Both the position numbers and the translations under genes were made by a program. Of a stretch of DNA of 64,000 nt, positions 1-13,394 are shown one piece after another. Numbering within the stretch: position 1 is the first letter of the stretch; the number at the start of each line of letters is the position of its first letter. Below the pieces are notes generated by a model. It searched no databases. It saw only the letters and a list, made by a program, of their open reading frames with translations, and was not told the origin of the DNA. This DNA comes from Eledone cirrhosa (lineage: Eukaryota): assembly GCA_964016885.1 (NCBI GenBank), contig OZ024742.1, positions 127,472,001 through 127,536,000 on the forward strand, written 5' to 3'.

Positions 1-320
1 GGCTGCGCATGTTCATCCTGTGCATAAAAATAATGAACAGGAGAAGTGACATTATGCACCCTTGGCAGAGTCTGACTCCCACATTGAATAGCTTCAATTT
101 AGCACCATTTATCTGAACTCAAGTACTTGGGCATTTGTATAGAGACATCAGGGCAGCAAGGAACTGATCATTGATCCCATACTCTTGCAGAACTTCCACA
201 CCAGGTCCTGAGGAACGCAGTCACATGCCTTTTTGAAGTCTTTAAAAGAATATACCTCTTGGCAATACTCCTATGATTTCTCAAAGACCTGCCACAGTGT
301 GAATATTTGGTCGGTTGTGG
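1..320 (-). mobile_element. RTE-clade LINE (family B) reverse transcriptase fragment, decayed
   Basis: Minus strand reads GVRLCQGCIMSLLLFIIFM (RT QG motif); DNA is homologous to 31140-31445. Confidence 0.75.
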
Positions 321-1381
321 TGCTAGAGAACGGGTTGCATGTGGTGGGTTGTGATACAGCCACCAGATATGATGGTTAGTTGCGATATAAGTGGGCAGCT
401 GCCAGACCCTGGACTAACAGCAGTAAACTACTAGGGGAGATTAAGCAATGGGTGACACCTATAGTTCCCAAGAATGACCTGGTGATGTAGTTATGATGAG
501 GTAAGTAAAGGCCACCTCTAAAAAAGCCTAGTCATTGCGGTTTTGAGAAAGTTCCAGATTGGTAACTAGTGAGAGGAACAAAAAAAGAACTATACCGCAT
601 TGTCCTTTGCATGGGCTAACAAGGGACATGTTCAGGCTTTAGGTAGAGGGGCCTGTTTAAAAAATATATTGCAGTCTCCATTTCATGTCACAAAAACTGG
701 TGATGGGCCTGCTACATTTCCTGGGAGGTGGGATGTACAAAGATTACATAACCCGAAAACCAAAAGAATGTTCAGAAGGGAGCAAACCTTCATACATAAG
801 GGTACAAAACAAAATTTGTAATCATAGCTATAATGAAAATCGGGGGATAGGAAGGTGTCCATTTTCTTGGGAAGAAAGTCATAAGGGGATATTCCACAAA
901 CATGTGTACTTAGACTTAGAAGCTCCTGCATTTTGAGACGCATGAGGCAGCCAAAGTGCTCCAATAGCAGCTATCAATACATCATTCCAACTTTTGTTGA
1001 TGGTTTCAAGTCTCTGTCAACTGTCTGTCACTAGTTCATCTTGGGATGACCTCTTCGCCTCTTTCCATGAGGGTACCAATACCCTTAATATAATTATCTA
1101 GTTGAATATTTAATGTGGTTGGACCCTATAATTACAGGTACAATCCATCTGACTGTTTTCCAAAGCGTTCAAATCTACCCAATTTCACTCAGAGGATTTA
1201 GGTCAACCTGAGGCCATAGTAATGACACTTGCTCAAGATGTCACTTTATAGGAAACCTCACAGAACCTCACAATTGTGAAGCAAACTTTTCAACGACCCA
1301 GCCATATCTCCATTCACTAATTGGCATTAACAGCAGAAGGGAAGTGAAATAGCTACAACAGTGAATCAAAACTGAGGTGAA

Positions 1382-1490
1382 GGCACATGGTTTAATGGTT
1401 AGGGTGTTTGGCTTATGATTATAAGGTTGTGGGTTCAATTCCTGGACAGGGTGGTGCACTGTGTTCTTGAGCAAGACACTTCAATTCATG
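1382..1490 (+). mobile_element. tRNA-derived SINE head
   Basis: A-box-like TGGTTTAATGG, B-box GGTTCAATTCC, then TTCTTGAGCAAGACACTT; related copy on the minus strand at 57640-57782. Confidence 0.65.
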
Positions 1491-1756
1491 TTACTTTTCA
1501 TGATATGACTGGGGCTCCTATCATTAAAACACTTGCAAAGCCTCATGTGAGATGCAGCCTTATAGAAGGCCAGCTAAACCAACATAGGTGTGAGCAGTAA
1601 CTTCTTATAAAACTAAGGAGGAGGCTCAGTCTATTGGTAGTTTATCTCATACTATCGCTATGTAAATGTAATAAGATATGAAACCATTTTTTTTTTTATT
1701 GGTTAGTCAGGAGGAAGGAGGGAGTCAACAGAGTGGACTCTACTAAAGGCACCTGA

Positions 1757-1889
1757 GAGCTATGTGGTGGTGCTAAACCCAGGAGCTAAGTGTTGGTGCT
1801 ACAGGAGCTATGTGGTGGTACTAAACCCAGGAGCTATGTGGTGGTGCTAAACCCAGGAGCTATGTGGTGGTGCTAAACCCAGGAGCTAT
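1757..1889. repeat. 26-bp minisatellite, about 5 copies
   Basis: Unit GAGCTATGTGGTGGTGCTAAACCCAG repeated head to tail with no spacers. Confidence 0.9.
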
Positions 1890-2397
1890 TAAATTTACCA
1901 CCCCAGTAGACTGAAGCAGGATTTGAACTCAGAACACAAAGAGATGGACTAAATACCGCAAAGCATCCTATCCAATGCTCTAACACTTCACCTTTTATTT
2001 ATCGACTCTGGGAGAATTAAAGGCAAAGTTGACTTCAATGAGATTTGAACTCAGAATGTAAAGAGCTAGAACAAATATTGAAAGGGATTCCATCCAATAT
2101 TCTCACACTTTTACCAATTTACCACCTATAATTGACTTGTAAAGTCTACAATTGGTTATACTATTATAACTCAGTTTTAGAACTACAATAATAATTTACT
2201 GCATAAATTATTGAAAAAATGACTTAGCATTAAGTTGTGGACTTCGAGTATAGAATAAACAGACTCAATTCTAGCTATGAGTGGGACAATTTTATTTTTT
2301 TTTTATTTTTGATAAGTTGGCACATACAACACACACTCACAAACACAAACACATGTAGACATTCTCTCTCTCATACACAGACTCACAAACAAATATA

Positions 2398-3234
2398 TCT
2401 ATATATATAAAACTGTGGTTGTCTGTCTGTCTATCGATTTTTGGCACACATCTCCTCTTAGAATCTCTCACGGAATTGCACCGAAATTGCTATACTTGTA
2501 CATTGAGCCCTAGCGAAGACATCGGAAAAAAAATATTTCAAATTGACCCACCCTATGTGACGAAATTGAATATAATGTATCGATTTTTGAGCATAAGTTA
2601 TCAGTTATTTCCCTTTGTTCTGTTTACATTGAGCGTCTTACGTAAAAAATTACGCTGGCTTTCTCAGCGTTTAAAATGACATTAACACAATACACGAACA
2701 GTTGTCGAGCCAGCAAAATATTGACCTGCAAAATTCATCAGTTCGAACACTAAGCTTCCGTTTTGCTTCATTTCCATTTAAAAGCATTTTAAAACAATAT
2801 TTTTACTTGAAAACAAGTCTATTTAAAGACTACGTAAAACAAGCAAATATTTCGTCATTAGGCGTGCAGACAGACAGTCGTGCAGACAGACAGTCGTGCA
2901 GAGAGGTGATATAGGCGTGCAGACAGACATAACTGATAATTTGGTTACGCTAATGTTTTTCTCTGCGTTGCAGTGTTTACATTTTCAATCTTTGTTAATA
3001 AATAACCAGTGCAGTTTCTATCCCCAGCATCCTCTTTTGTTATAACATTCGGGTTATCGTTATGTTTTCTTAACTTCATAAGGCATATTGTTGGTTGAGG
3101 GAATATTAATCAAAAACACCACATGCAAGTCTGCACAGTAGACACTACAGTTTTTAAGCCAAGAAAGAAACTTAACATTGTAACTTTAACACAGCTACTG
3201 AGCGACCCCGAGCAACGCCGGGCTTTACTGCTAG
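2398..3234 (+). mobile_element. Non-autonomous Helitron
   Basis: Starts A|TCTATATATATAAAA, ends with hairpin CCCGAGCAACGCCGGG then CTAG|T; inserted between A and T, no TSD. Confidence 0.85.
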
Positions 3235-3819
3235 TCTTTCAATAAATCCGGGCACTATTAGCCACAATCAAGTGCATTTTAGTCATTTTTATTTTTTCAT
3301 ATCTTTTCAAAACAATATACTCTTGTAAGCAAGTACAACTAAACTAAGACTATACTATTAGCTGGCTATGAAAAGATGCGTGTGTTTTTTTAATTTTTTT
3401 TTTTTATTTATTTGTTCCATTCACATGTCATTTCATGAAAGGGTACATTATTTATTATTTTTTATCTGAACAGTCATTTTTCCAATAACATGTAAAGTGA
3501 ATAACTGAGCTATTTTATCTTCGAAAATTGTTTGTGGAACTAGTAACTAGCAATAATATCTATTGATTCTTTCCAAACCTTTTTGTTAACTGTTATTTAA
3601 ACCCCATAAGCTAGATAGATTTATTTGCTTTTTACTACAACCATGCCACTAAACCAACCCAGTGGTCACACCCCATCAGTGGCAAGAAAGAAATCGTAAC
3701 AGGAGGTCAGTACAGGAATTTTTCAATAAATAGAAAGTCTTCAAACCACATATAACCCTTTTTTGATGCCCCTACTCATGAAAACTCCTTTTCATCTATG
3801 ATACTGTTCCTTTTGAAAA

Positions 3820-4005
3820 TAATAATTGTTTCTACTTTAGGCACAAGGCCAGCAATTACCCAGTGCATTACTGGTACTTTATTTTATCGACCCCGTAAGG
3901 ATGAAAGGCAAAGTAAACCTCGGCGGGATTTGAACTCAGACCGTAAAAGGGACGTAACTATGCTGGAAAGCATGGCGTCCGACTCTCTACCGATACTGCC
4001 AAACC
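3820..4005 (-). mobile_element. tRNA-derived SINE (core GCCTTTCATCCTTACGGGGTCGATAAAATAAAGTACC)
   Basis: Near-identical copies at about 21629-21760, 43636-43760, 43900-44033, 45385-45482, 51353-51532 and 55690-55875; B-box GTTCAAATCC. Confidence 0.85.
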
Positions 4006-4014
4006 TTTTGAAAA

Positions 4015-4153
4015 TAATAATAATAATGAAATATTGTGTACAGTGCTCAGGTGCACTACAACTCATCAAAAAGTGTATGTATAGTACGTCAGGAAAATGA
4101 ACAGTGCATGAGTCATGATATACACATGTGTGCATGTGTATGGAAGGGGTACA
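4015..4153 (-). mobile_element. CR1-like LINE 3' UTR with (ATT)n tail
   Basis: Matches the 3' UTR attached to the CR1 coding end at 60620-61075. Confidence 0.7.
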
Positions 4154-4429
4154 ACTTTAATCATCCTGTAAGAATTTAACAGAAAACATCTAAAAAAAAA
4201 AACCAGGTTTGTTAATTAAAATGTTTATAGTATCTTTATTGGTGGACAGATTGTTGTGAAAGTTTGTATTTTTTTTTATGCTTACGTATAAACAAAGTTT
4301 TATAACACACCAAAATATATGGCCAGAGAGATAAAAAAGTAAACAAAAACAAAAGCGACCATCAATTCACCACCAACCGGAAAAGGAGATCGTAAAAGAG
4401 TAAATAAAAGAAAAAGAGAGGTTATATGT

Positions 4430-5033
4430 CTTAATCCGTATGGTGAGCAAATGGGGTCCCATGTGCTGGCCTCCCCACAGCCCTGATGGACAGAATGGAG
4501 AATGCGTTCTCCCAAAGGATGGTAAGGGGGGTGTGCTGCAAGAGCCATTCCAACTCATGAGGCTCGCACTTGCGGTTGGCTAGCTCAGTGCCTATGGTGG
4601 TGAATAGCAAGGTAGCCCTAGGGCCAAGAATACCAGAAGTCTCCACTGCCAAGGGCACGGCCGCGAACTTGTCGGAGAGCGACCGGTACTTGGAGAGTTT
4701 GCCCTCCTCAGCCCAACGTGCAGCAGGACCTGGGTTAGTCGCAGACTGCACCAGGTTGCGGCTGGAGAAAATGTCACTGCAAGTGGCATCCCAGAGGAGG
4801 GGTTTGCCACCGCAGAACGGGAAGATGGTCATACCGTCTGGCTTTTTGCCGTCCCCTCGGTCAAGCCATGCTTTATGACCTCATTGAGGGCATCATAGCA
4901 TCGAAGGGGGCTGGCACTGTGGCGACAGGAAAGCAGGTAGAGGCCCAAAGAATCCACAGTGGATCCACAGCGACATTTATGTGGCTCGCAGATCCGGAGT
5001 CCAAGCTTCAAGGAAACGCTGATGCGCAGGCTA
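4430..5033 (-). mobile_element. CRE-like non-LTR retrotransposon 3' fragment (zinc knuckle plus restriction-like endonuclease)
   Basis: Peptides CRCGSTVDSLG, WDATC, EEGKLSKYR, PLAVETSG; homologous to 35700-36320. Confidence 0.85.
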
Positions 5034-5899
5034 TAGAGTAAAGACTTTAATTTTTAATGTGAGGCAGTCATAGTACAGTTTTATATTTTGCAAGCATGTC
5101 TTGTTAATGTGGTTTCATAATGTATCGGATGTTATGAGTTAATAGTATTTTATTTAAATTTAGCCCTTTCATAACCATTTTTTAAATGAAATATACTGTA
5201 TGTAATTAACGAGGAGTTTGGAAGGATTTTCTAAAATTATGAATTATTTTCATTATTAAGATGGTAGTTGTAACATAAGTTATCTTTTGAGGATGATGAA
5301 TGGGAAGTTTGAGATAATAAGGGTCAGAATCAGGTTTCCTTTCTCAACCTACTCCTGCTTATGGAAGTAAATCTATTCCACATGCCACTATCATAAATTA
5401 AACTTAAGTTAGCTAGTTGATGTTTCTAAAGAAATTCAAATCTTTTCCTCTTTATCTAACTTACCCTCCGCCTAACAAGATGGAGAAGACATTGCGGTGG
5501 TGAGGGTGATGTACTAGAATAGCCACTCCACCTGGTGGTCCCAGCCTGCAGGAAGGTGATGGGAAGGGAGACAACCACTCCACCTCATGGATCTTGCGCC
5601 TGCAGGCAGCCAACTCCCCTCCGATAGCAGTGAGTAAGGGTGTGATCCAGGGGCCAAGAATGCCGGAAATAGTTTTGGGGTGGGTTTGGCATGAAAAGGG
5701 TTACTTCTCTTGATATCAACCCACCTGAATCTGTTCTTGGTTACTTATTTTAAAGGATATACTTTAAATTTAGCTCTATAATGATTGTGTATTTAATGAA
5801 ATACATTCTATTTCCATTAATTAATGAAGAATTTTGAGGGATTTACTAAAATTATTAATTATGTCATAACTAATAATTTTAGTAAACCCCTCAAAATTC

Positions 5900-6220
5900 A
5901 TGGATGAACTGAGAGGAACAATAAGTATAAAAAGAATCAAATATAGTGAGCAAGAGAGAAGACTGCACTGGTATGGACATGTGATGTATATAGATAATGA
6001 TTGTTGGGTGAAGAAGTGTCAGGAGTTCCCAGCAGAGGAAAGCCAAGAAAGACTTGGGCAGAAGTGATGAGAGTTGATTTCAAAATGCTGAACCTGATAA
6101 AGAAGATAGTTAAGGAATGCAGTAAGTGGAGGGAAGCTGTGCTTGAAAAGATCCATCAAATCCATGCAAGCATGGAAAAGTAGACATAAAAGGATGATAA
6201 TAATGATGATTATGATGATG
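5900..6220 (+). mobile_element. RTE LINE (family A) 3' end with (GAT)n tail
   Basis: RRLHWYGHV and RGKPRKTW motifs followed by ATGATGATG tail. Confidence 0.8.
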
Positions 6221-6439
6221 ATACATACACATCTCATAGATTACTGGATTACTTTCATCTCAGGATTAAGTAGATCATTAATGCAACTCAATATGAAGAA
6301 ATTAATGTTGTTGCTTCTCTTTATTCAACTTTTTTACACAAATAACACAGGACCGAGTCCTCTGGTGCTACAGCGTATGACAAAAGACCCGTGTTGACCA
6401 CTTGACCCCGGAAGGCTCATAGGTGGACCACCCAACCTC

Positions 6440-6945
6440 ACACTGCAAACACAATCGATGGCTGTGATTTTTCTGTGAACAGGGTATGGTTTGGCCAACT
6501 GGCCTGCCCCCCCCCCCCTCATAATAGTGCCAAACACTTCTATGCGGTTATGGCTCCCAAACTGTGGTTCCATTGTGAGAAGGGTTCAGTGCAGCCAACT
6601 GGCCTGTCCCTCCTCATAGCGGTGTCATCCATTTCTACACTGCAAATGTGGTTGCGGCTCCCAAACCATGGTTCTGCTGAGAAATGTCTGGTGTGGCCAA
6701 CTAACCAGTCCCTCCTCATAGCAGTGCCATCCAATCCACACTGTAAATATGGTTGCGGGTCCCAAACTACGGTTCCGCTGTGAGAAGAGTTTGGTACAAC
6801 TAACTGGCCTGACCCTCCTCATAGTGGTGCTTTCCAATTCGACACTGTAAACACTGTCGAGGCTCCCAAACTGTGGTTCCACTGTGAGGAGGGTTCTGCT
6901 CAGCCAGTTCCACTCTGCAAATGTGCTTGTGGCACCCAAACTAAA
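6440..6945. repeat. Diverged tandem repeat, about 103-bp unit, 4-5 copies
   Basis: GGCTCCCAAAC-like anchor recurs near 6552, 6656, 6757 and 6861; CCCTCCTCATAG recurs at the same period. Confidence 0.8.
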
Positions 6946-6984
6946 GTTGCTAAGGTCATGTGTATCTAAGTAATCCTTATCCTG

Positions 6985-7996
6985 TGTAAGTCAAAGAAAG
7001 AGACCCCACTCACCGGTATCAATCCCATGGTCCTGTGTCATCACTGTTGAGAGGTGCAATTGGGCAAGGTCTGCTTTTATCACCTCATCCCAGGTCTTCC
7101 TAGGTCTCCTCACTCCATAGCTTCCATCGACTTATAGTTCTCTGCCCCTTTTTATGCAGCTGTCATCCTTCATACGCATCACATGTCCATACCAATGTAA
7201 CCTCCTCTCCTGCACACAGCATTTGATTCTTCTTATGCTCAGTCTCTCTCTCAGCTTGCTTATGCTTTGTTGTTCGCGTATATTACTATTATACATCCAT
7301 CAGAGCATGGAGGCTTCGTTTCTTTCTAATCTAAGCAAGTCTTCTACACACAGCGCCCAGGTCTCACTACTATGTAACATTGTTGTTCGTATGCACGCAT
7401 TATACAGTCTGCCTTTCATTTTGAAGGAAAAGCCTTTTGCAGCTAGCAGTGGTAGTAGCTCCTGTTCTTACCCTGGTTACTGTACTTTCAGAACACCCAC
7501 CTCCACTGCTAATTTGGTCACCCAGGTAGCAAAAGCTGTCTACTGTTTCTACAGAGCACCTCCCAGAGTTTGGTAGTGCTTGTTTCCTGTGGCTGTTTGT
7601 TGCTTACTGTCCCGGTGCAGCTGCTACATGTAAAGCCTACGTTTCTAACTAAGCTTCCTGAGTTCCAACTACATCTCTTGTGTACCCATAGTTTGCATTT
7701 GGGGCAGAGGATGGAATTCCTACCTATATTTTCCCTACATACTGACAGGTGCAATTGCGCAAGGTTACTTTCATCATCTCGTCCCCAGTCTTCCTACTCC
7801 ATTGCTTCCATCAATTTTGATCACCCTGCACCTTTTTAAACAGCTGTCATCCTTCATACACATCAAATGACCATACCAACGCAATCTCTTCTCTAGCATA
7901 CTGCATCTGATCCCTCTTATACCTAATTTCTCTCTCAGTTCATTTGCGCATTGCCGTCCATGTATATTACTATTACACATCAATCAGAGCATGCAT
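6985..7996 (-). mobile_element. RTE LINE (family A), two adjacent 3' fragments
   Basis: CRENIGRNSILCPKCKLWVHKRC and KRLRWYGH peptides; homologous to 17690-18840 and 23070-24535. Confidence 0.85.
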
Positions 7997-8071
7997 TTAT
8001 ACATATAAATATATGTATTTCTGTGTGTATATATATGTACGTATAAATATATGTATTTGTGTGTGTGTATA

Positions 8072-8390
8072 TCATCATCATCATCGTTTAACGTCTATCT
8101 TCCACACTAGCATGGGTTAGATGGGAATTGTCCCACTTGAGGCAAGATTGATCAGGTGACCATATCTCGCTCGTATAAGACTGTATCTGGCAGGTTTTCT
8201 ATGGGTGGATGTCCTTCCTAACACCAACCACATTTACAGTGTGGACTGGGAGCCTTTTTACCGTGTCTCCTACATGACCACTTTACAGCGTGGACTGGGT
8301 GCTTTTTTGTCCTGACACCTACAGAACCTCTTTAGTTTGGACTGGATGTTGTGGTACCAACATAACTTTACAGAGAAAGGGTGGTGTTGG
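8072..8390 (-). mobile_element. SINE with RTE-derived (GAT)n tail and internal ~38-bp repeats
   Basis: CATCATCGTTTAACGTC and CCTTCCTAACACCAACCAC blocks shared with copies near 12012, 13973, 17425, 22695, 55440 and 57455. Confidence 0.7.
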
Positions 8391-8574
8391 TGGGAGTAGG
8401 TGGATGGAGTAGGGGTAGTGGGTTGGGGTATATATTTGGTTAGGAGCTGCCTTATAAATATAATACACAAAAATATACAATCAAAGCAAAATAAAAAAAA
8501 CATCTATTCAACACTAAGTGCATGAAGGGTCACACACTACAAAGGGTCATCAGAACCTCCCACTAATAAATATG

Positions 8575-8950
8575 CTGTGGTAAACCCCTCATCTAAGATG
8601 CCACATGCATCAACACATTCTTCAGCAGCAACCTGGTGCAGTCTGCGACTAACCCAGGCTCTGCTGCACTTCTGGTCGAGGAGGGTAAACTCTCCAAATA
8701 TCGATCGTTCTCCAACAGGTTTGCTGTCAAGCCCATGGCAGTGGAGACTTCTGGTGTCCTTGGCCCTAGGGCCACCTCCCTGCTCACCACCATTGGCACA
8801 GAGTTGGCTACCCACAGGTGTAAGCCTCGCAAGCTGGAATGGCTCTTCCAGCGTGTCTCCCCCACCATCCTCCGAGGAATCACCTTCTCCATTCTATCTG
8901 CCGGGGTCACAGGGTGGCCATCGTGTGGGCCACCATTTGCTCATAATAGT
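8575..8950 (+). mobile_element. CRE-like retrotransposon 3' fragment
   Basis: QSATNPGSAALLVEEGKLSKYR...AVETSGVLGP; homologous to 35975-36320. Confidence 0.85.
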
Positions 8951-9179
8951 GAGTGATAGGGAGAGCAGGAGAGATGGAGGCAGTGACAGTGGAAGTTTGG
9001 TTCTTTTATGTTCGGACCTTGTGTATGTGTATATGTTTAACAAATGCTTGAGTAAACCAATATAATCCTGCTATCAGATTAACTTTCAAAATAAACTCTC
9101 AGCAGTGATGAACAAATTTTGCTAGTTTAAAAAAAAAAAAAAATTGGTTTATCATAAGTAACTAAAATCTATATATGTT

Positions 9180-11065
9180 TATAAGTAAGTTTGTTTTGAA
9201 ACAGCGAGCGAGTTTGAAATAGAAATAGAAGCTTTTGCCATATTTTTTGCCATATTTCTTAGGTAGCTAAGAAAGAAGCTAGGCAACAGGTATACACAGT
9301 TTGGAGAGATACTGAAGAAAGTAAAATTGCCAATGTCTTGAGACGTAAGGATCAGAGATGTGAAGTGTTTTGTGTTGCAAGGCAATGTGCTAGTGTAAAT
9401 CAAGATGTTCTTGGGGAAAAATGAATTAGAACTGACGCTGGTGCACTTAGTATCATTGATGCCCAAAAGAAAGAGGCCTGGAAATGCTATGAGAGATTGA
9501 TGAATGTAGAAAATGAATAGGAGCAAGAGAACTTACCCCCAACTTACCTAAAGAAAAGACCAGCTATTGAAGTTAATAGTTTTAGGGTCAAAAACACAAT
9601 CAAGGAGATGAAGAACGGCAATGCTGCAGGACCACCAGATATAGTCGCTGAAATGCTAAAAGCATCAGAAAAGGTAGGAATCATACCCAATGACTGGTGC
9701 AGCAGTACAGTCATAAATTGCTATAAGGGAAAAGGTGATGCTCTAGAAAGGAGCAACTATAGAGGAATAAAACTGATGGACCAAGTTATGAAAGTGACAG
9801 AAAGAGTTATAGCACAACTAATTAAGGAATGAATCAAAATAGATGAGATGCAGTTTGGTTTCATGCTTGGGAAAAATACTATAGATGCCCTCTTGTTAGT
9901 GAGGCAACTACAAGAGAAGTTCCTTGTCAAAAATAAGCCACTATGTTTACCTTTTGTTGATCTAGAGGAGGTGTTTGACAGAGTACCTCAATCTATTATC
10001 TGGTAGTCCTTAAAGAAATTAGGTGTAGAAAAATGGCTTGTGAGAGCAGTGCAAGCTATGTACGGAGGAGAGTGAGAGTAGGAAATGAGTTTAACGAGGA
10101 ATTCCAGGAAATGAGTTTAGTGAGGAATTCCAGAGTCCATCAAGGTTCAGTTTTTAGCCCACTGTTATTCATCATAGTTCTTGAGGCCATAAAAGAGGAG
10201 TTTAAAACAGGCTGCCCATGAGAACTTCTCTCTGCAGATGATTTGGTCCTTATAGCTGAAACCAAAAAAGAACTAGAAAATAAATTCTGATTATAGAAAC
10301 TGAATTTGGAATTGAAAGGTCTGAGAGTAAACTTAGTCAAAACTAAAGTGCTAGAGAATAAGAGAGAAGAGATGAAGTGGAATAATGAGTAGACTAACAG
10401 GAAGAGGAAGACTTTGCATGTAGAAGATGCACAGAAGAAATTGAGGGGAAGAATGCCAATGATATAAACCTTTTCCAGTAACAGAAAGGATCCATAGAAG
10501 TGGTTGATAGCTTCTGCTATCTAGGTGACCTAAGCTAGAATAAGGTTAGGATGGAAGAAATTTAGAGAACTGCCCCCATTGCTGATAATAAAATGTTTCT
10601 CCCTACGTACAAAAGGAAGGCTGTATGATGCCTGTGTGTAGTGAAACATGGGCTGTGACAGCAGAGGACATGTGTAGACTGGAGAGAAATGAAGCAACCA
10701 TATTTTGTTGGATGTGCAATATAAATGTGAGAAAAAGGCAGAGCTTGGATGAGCTGAGGGAGAAGCTGGGTTTAAGAGGAATCTGAGATGGCAAGAGAGA
10801 AGACTGTGTTGGTATGGACATGTGATATGCATGGACAATGACTGATGGGTGAAGAAATTTGAGGAAATCCCAGTAGAAGGAAGTCACAATAGAAAACAAC
10901 AAAGAAAGACCTGGGTAGAGATTGTGAGAGCTGACCTCAAATTGCCAAAACTGGCAGAGGAAATGACGAAGGACGTGACAAGTGGAGAGATGCCATGCTG
11001 AGAAGGACTAGTCCAACCCATGGAAGAATGGAAAAGTGGACATAAAAACGACGATGATGATGACG
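9180..11065 (+). mobile_element. RTE LINE (family A) RT region to 3' tail, decayed
   Basis: MKNGNAAGP, YKGKGDALERSNYRGIKL, VHQGSVFSPLLF motifs with stops and frameshifts; ends in GACGATGATGATG. Confidence 0.9.
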
Positions 11066-11213
11066 AATCTAAAAATTTACTGCATGTGACAGGTTTCAAT
11101 TGTGTCAGCAATATTTACAAATACTTCTTTATCAATCTCTCTCTCTCTCTCTATTTATATGCAGAATAGAACCCGTCCCACCCTTGCAAGCAGGTAAAAC
11201 CGGACGTAAAATG

Positions 11214-11245
<32 letters not shown>

Positions 11246-11400
11246 GATGATAATGATGATGATGATGATGATATATATATATAGTGACTGACTGTTGTAG
11301 AGTTATTTTCAGTGTCTGGTATTTCCACATTTTCAAATAAATAAATAAATAACAAATTACACAATAGAAACAGTTTTTTATATTTACTCATGCTCTAGAA

Positions 11401-11994
11401 GATGGCACCCAAACTGTGGCTTTAGGGCTACATGCGGCTCTTAAGGATGTTCAGTGTGGCCTTCAGAACAAGATAAGAATTATGCTCTTATCCAGCAGAT
11501 TGCACATAGCTAGTAACTGCATGACAGGATCTTTTGCTGCATTTCAAATATTTGCACCAATTTTTATATAAATTCAAGCTACTTTGCAAGGCAGTGGTAG
11601 TAGTAGTAACCTATATTATAAAAGGAAACCGGTTTCTCTGTCTCTTGGTCTCTTTGTCTGTCTGTGACATTTCATATGTCCATATGTGTCTATTGTGTAA
11701 AAAAATTCTACATATAGGCAATGAAACTTTTAAAAAAAGGACAAAAAACGTGTGTGTGCATTTTTTTCTCTATGTCATCAAACATATAGATAACGTGACA
11801 GACTTCAAAAGACTTTCTTGGAAAAAAAGGTATGTCCAACGAGTTTCAGTTGAAAAAGTGGCAATCTTAAGTGCAAGTTTGTCATCATAAAAACGTGAAC
11901 TGTCTTTGATAACATGGATAATTCTAATATGTAGCCCTCATTTAAATTTGGAATGTTAATGTGGACCTTTCATGCAAAAGGTTGGGGACCTCTG
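11401..11994. mobile_element. hAT (Charlie/Buster-like) MITE
   Basis: 8-bp TSD CTCTAGAA at 11393-11400 and 11995-12002; right end GGTTGGGGACCTCTG and decayed left end GATGGCACCCAAAC. Confidence 0.7.
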
Positions 11995-12337
11995 CTCTAG
12001 AACATATAACTCATCATCATCGTTTAACGTCTATCTTCCACGCTAGCATGGGTTAGATGTGAATTGTCCCACTCGAGGCAAGATTGGTCGGGTGCTCGTA
12101 TAGGACTATCTGGCAGGTTTTCTACGGCAAATCCAAATCATTTAAATATGTGTGAACTATATAATTAAGTGTAGCTAAGCAAATAATTTTTTAACAGATG
12201 TTACATGAACTGATATGGCAAATTCTTTAAAGTAGTAAACAAATGCTGTCTGAAATAAAATACAGTTAAGATTATAAGATTATTGAATTATTCTTTAAAG
12301 TCAGGATTTGTTGCAAATCAAATCAAAAGACACCTAC

Positions 12338-12693
12338 CCAAATTTATCTTCAGCAACACTTGAAATATGAATATCTTGGAAGCCTTTTGATATAGCTTCA
12401 ATGAACTGGCTCCTGTTTTCTTCCTTTTCCAATTCAGAGAAAGTTTGGTTTTCTTTCTGGTTTCTAGAGTTCAACAGTTCATGACTAAAATATAAAGTGT
12501 TTTGTTTTTTATTAGGAGAGGTCTTCTCTGGCAATGGGTCGTCCTCCGATTCACAGCTGTCATGATCCAATATTGATATTAAAGAAGCTGTAGAGCCAAT
12601 TGAATCTAGAGAATTGTTCCTTTCTCTTACAAACTGTAATTTCATCCAATCTGGCTTGGTAACAGTAGCTGTTACAGGTCGAGGTCGTGCCAT
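12338..12693 (-). CDS. Host gene coding exon, probably the first coding exon; product not recognised (low-complexity, RPVTA motif)
   Basis: Open frame of about 118 codons not seen elsewhere in the window (MARPRPVTATVTKPDW...), polypyrimidine acceptor TTTTTCTTCAATGATTTAG directly before ATG and donor GG|GTAGGT at the other end. Confidence 0.75.
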
Positions 12694-13394
12694 CTAAATC
12701 ATTGAAGAAAAACAGCAATTATAAATTCTTTGAAACACATTGGGGAAAAAAAAGGAAAGGGGCCAATCATCAGATTAGAACAAGGAAATTATTATTTTTT
12801 TTTTTAATTAATCTTTCCAATGCTGATGCTATATGCCAGTTACAATATTTGGCTGAGAGTTGAGCTCAGAATACACAGAGTCGAATCAGATGCTACACAG
12901 CATTCTATCTGAGACTGTAACAATTCTGCCAATACTTGACTGGTGCTTTATTTATCAATCTTCAAAAGAAGAAAAGCAAAGTGGACCTCAGTAGAATTTG
13001 GATTCTGAGTTGACAGATTTGGAACAAATACTGAGGCTCAGAGAACTTTGTTAGTATAACAAATTTAAATAAAAACATTAGTATACTAATTAAAACTTTG
13101 CATATTTTTAAGAAAATAAATATCTAAAAAGAAAAGCATAGTTAATGTCAGTAATTTGGAGTAATTGTAATAAATATCATTATGAAAACTTAAGGTGAGA
13201 GAATGGTATAGAGTAAGATAAATGTTTTCATATGGTCTGAATTCAAATACAGCCAATGCTTACTTTGCTTTTTATCTCTTTGGTGTTGATAGAATAAAAG
13301 AAAGCTAGTTGTGTACAGGAAGGAATTCAATCAACTAAATATTTCTCCTACAAATTGTGACATTTTGTAAATGGTAGAAATCATTATCATCATA

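Noticed and set aside
1757-1889. CRISPR-like short repeat array
   Set aside because: Units are contiguous with no unique spacers, no cas genes, eukaryotic context.
11100-11391. Poly-Met, poly-His and poly-Ser ORFs
   Set aside because: Translations of a (GAT)n retroelement tail; the same applies to ORFs over (TA)n, (CA)n and (CTC)n at 14.8, 15.5, 29.0, 39.1, 44.4 and 45.6 kb.
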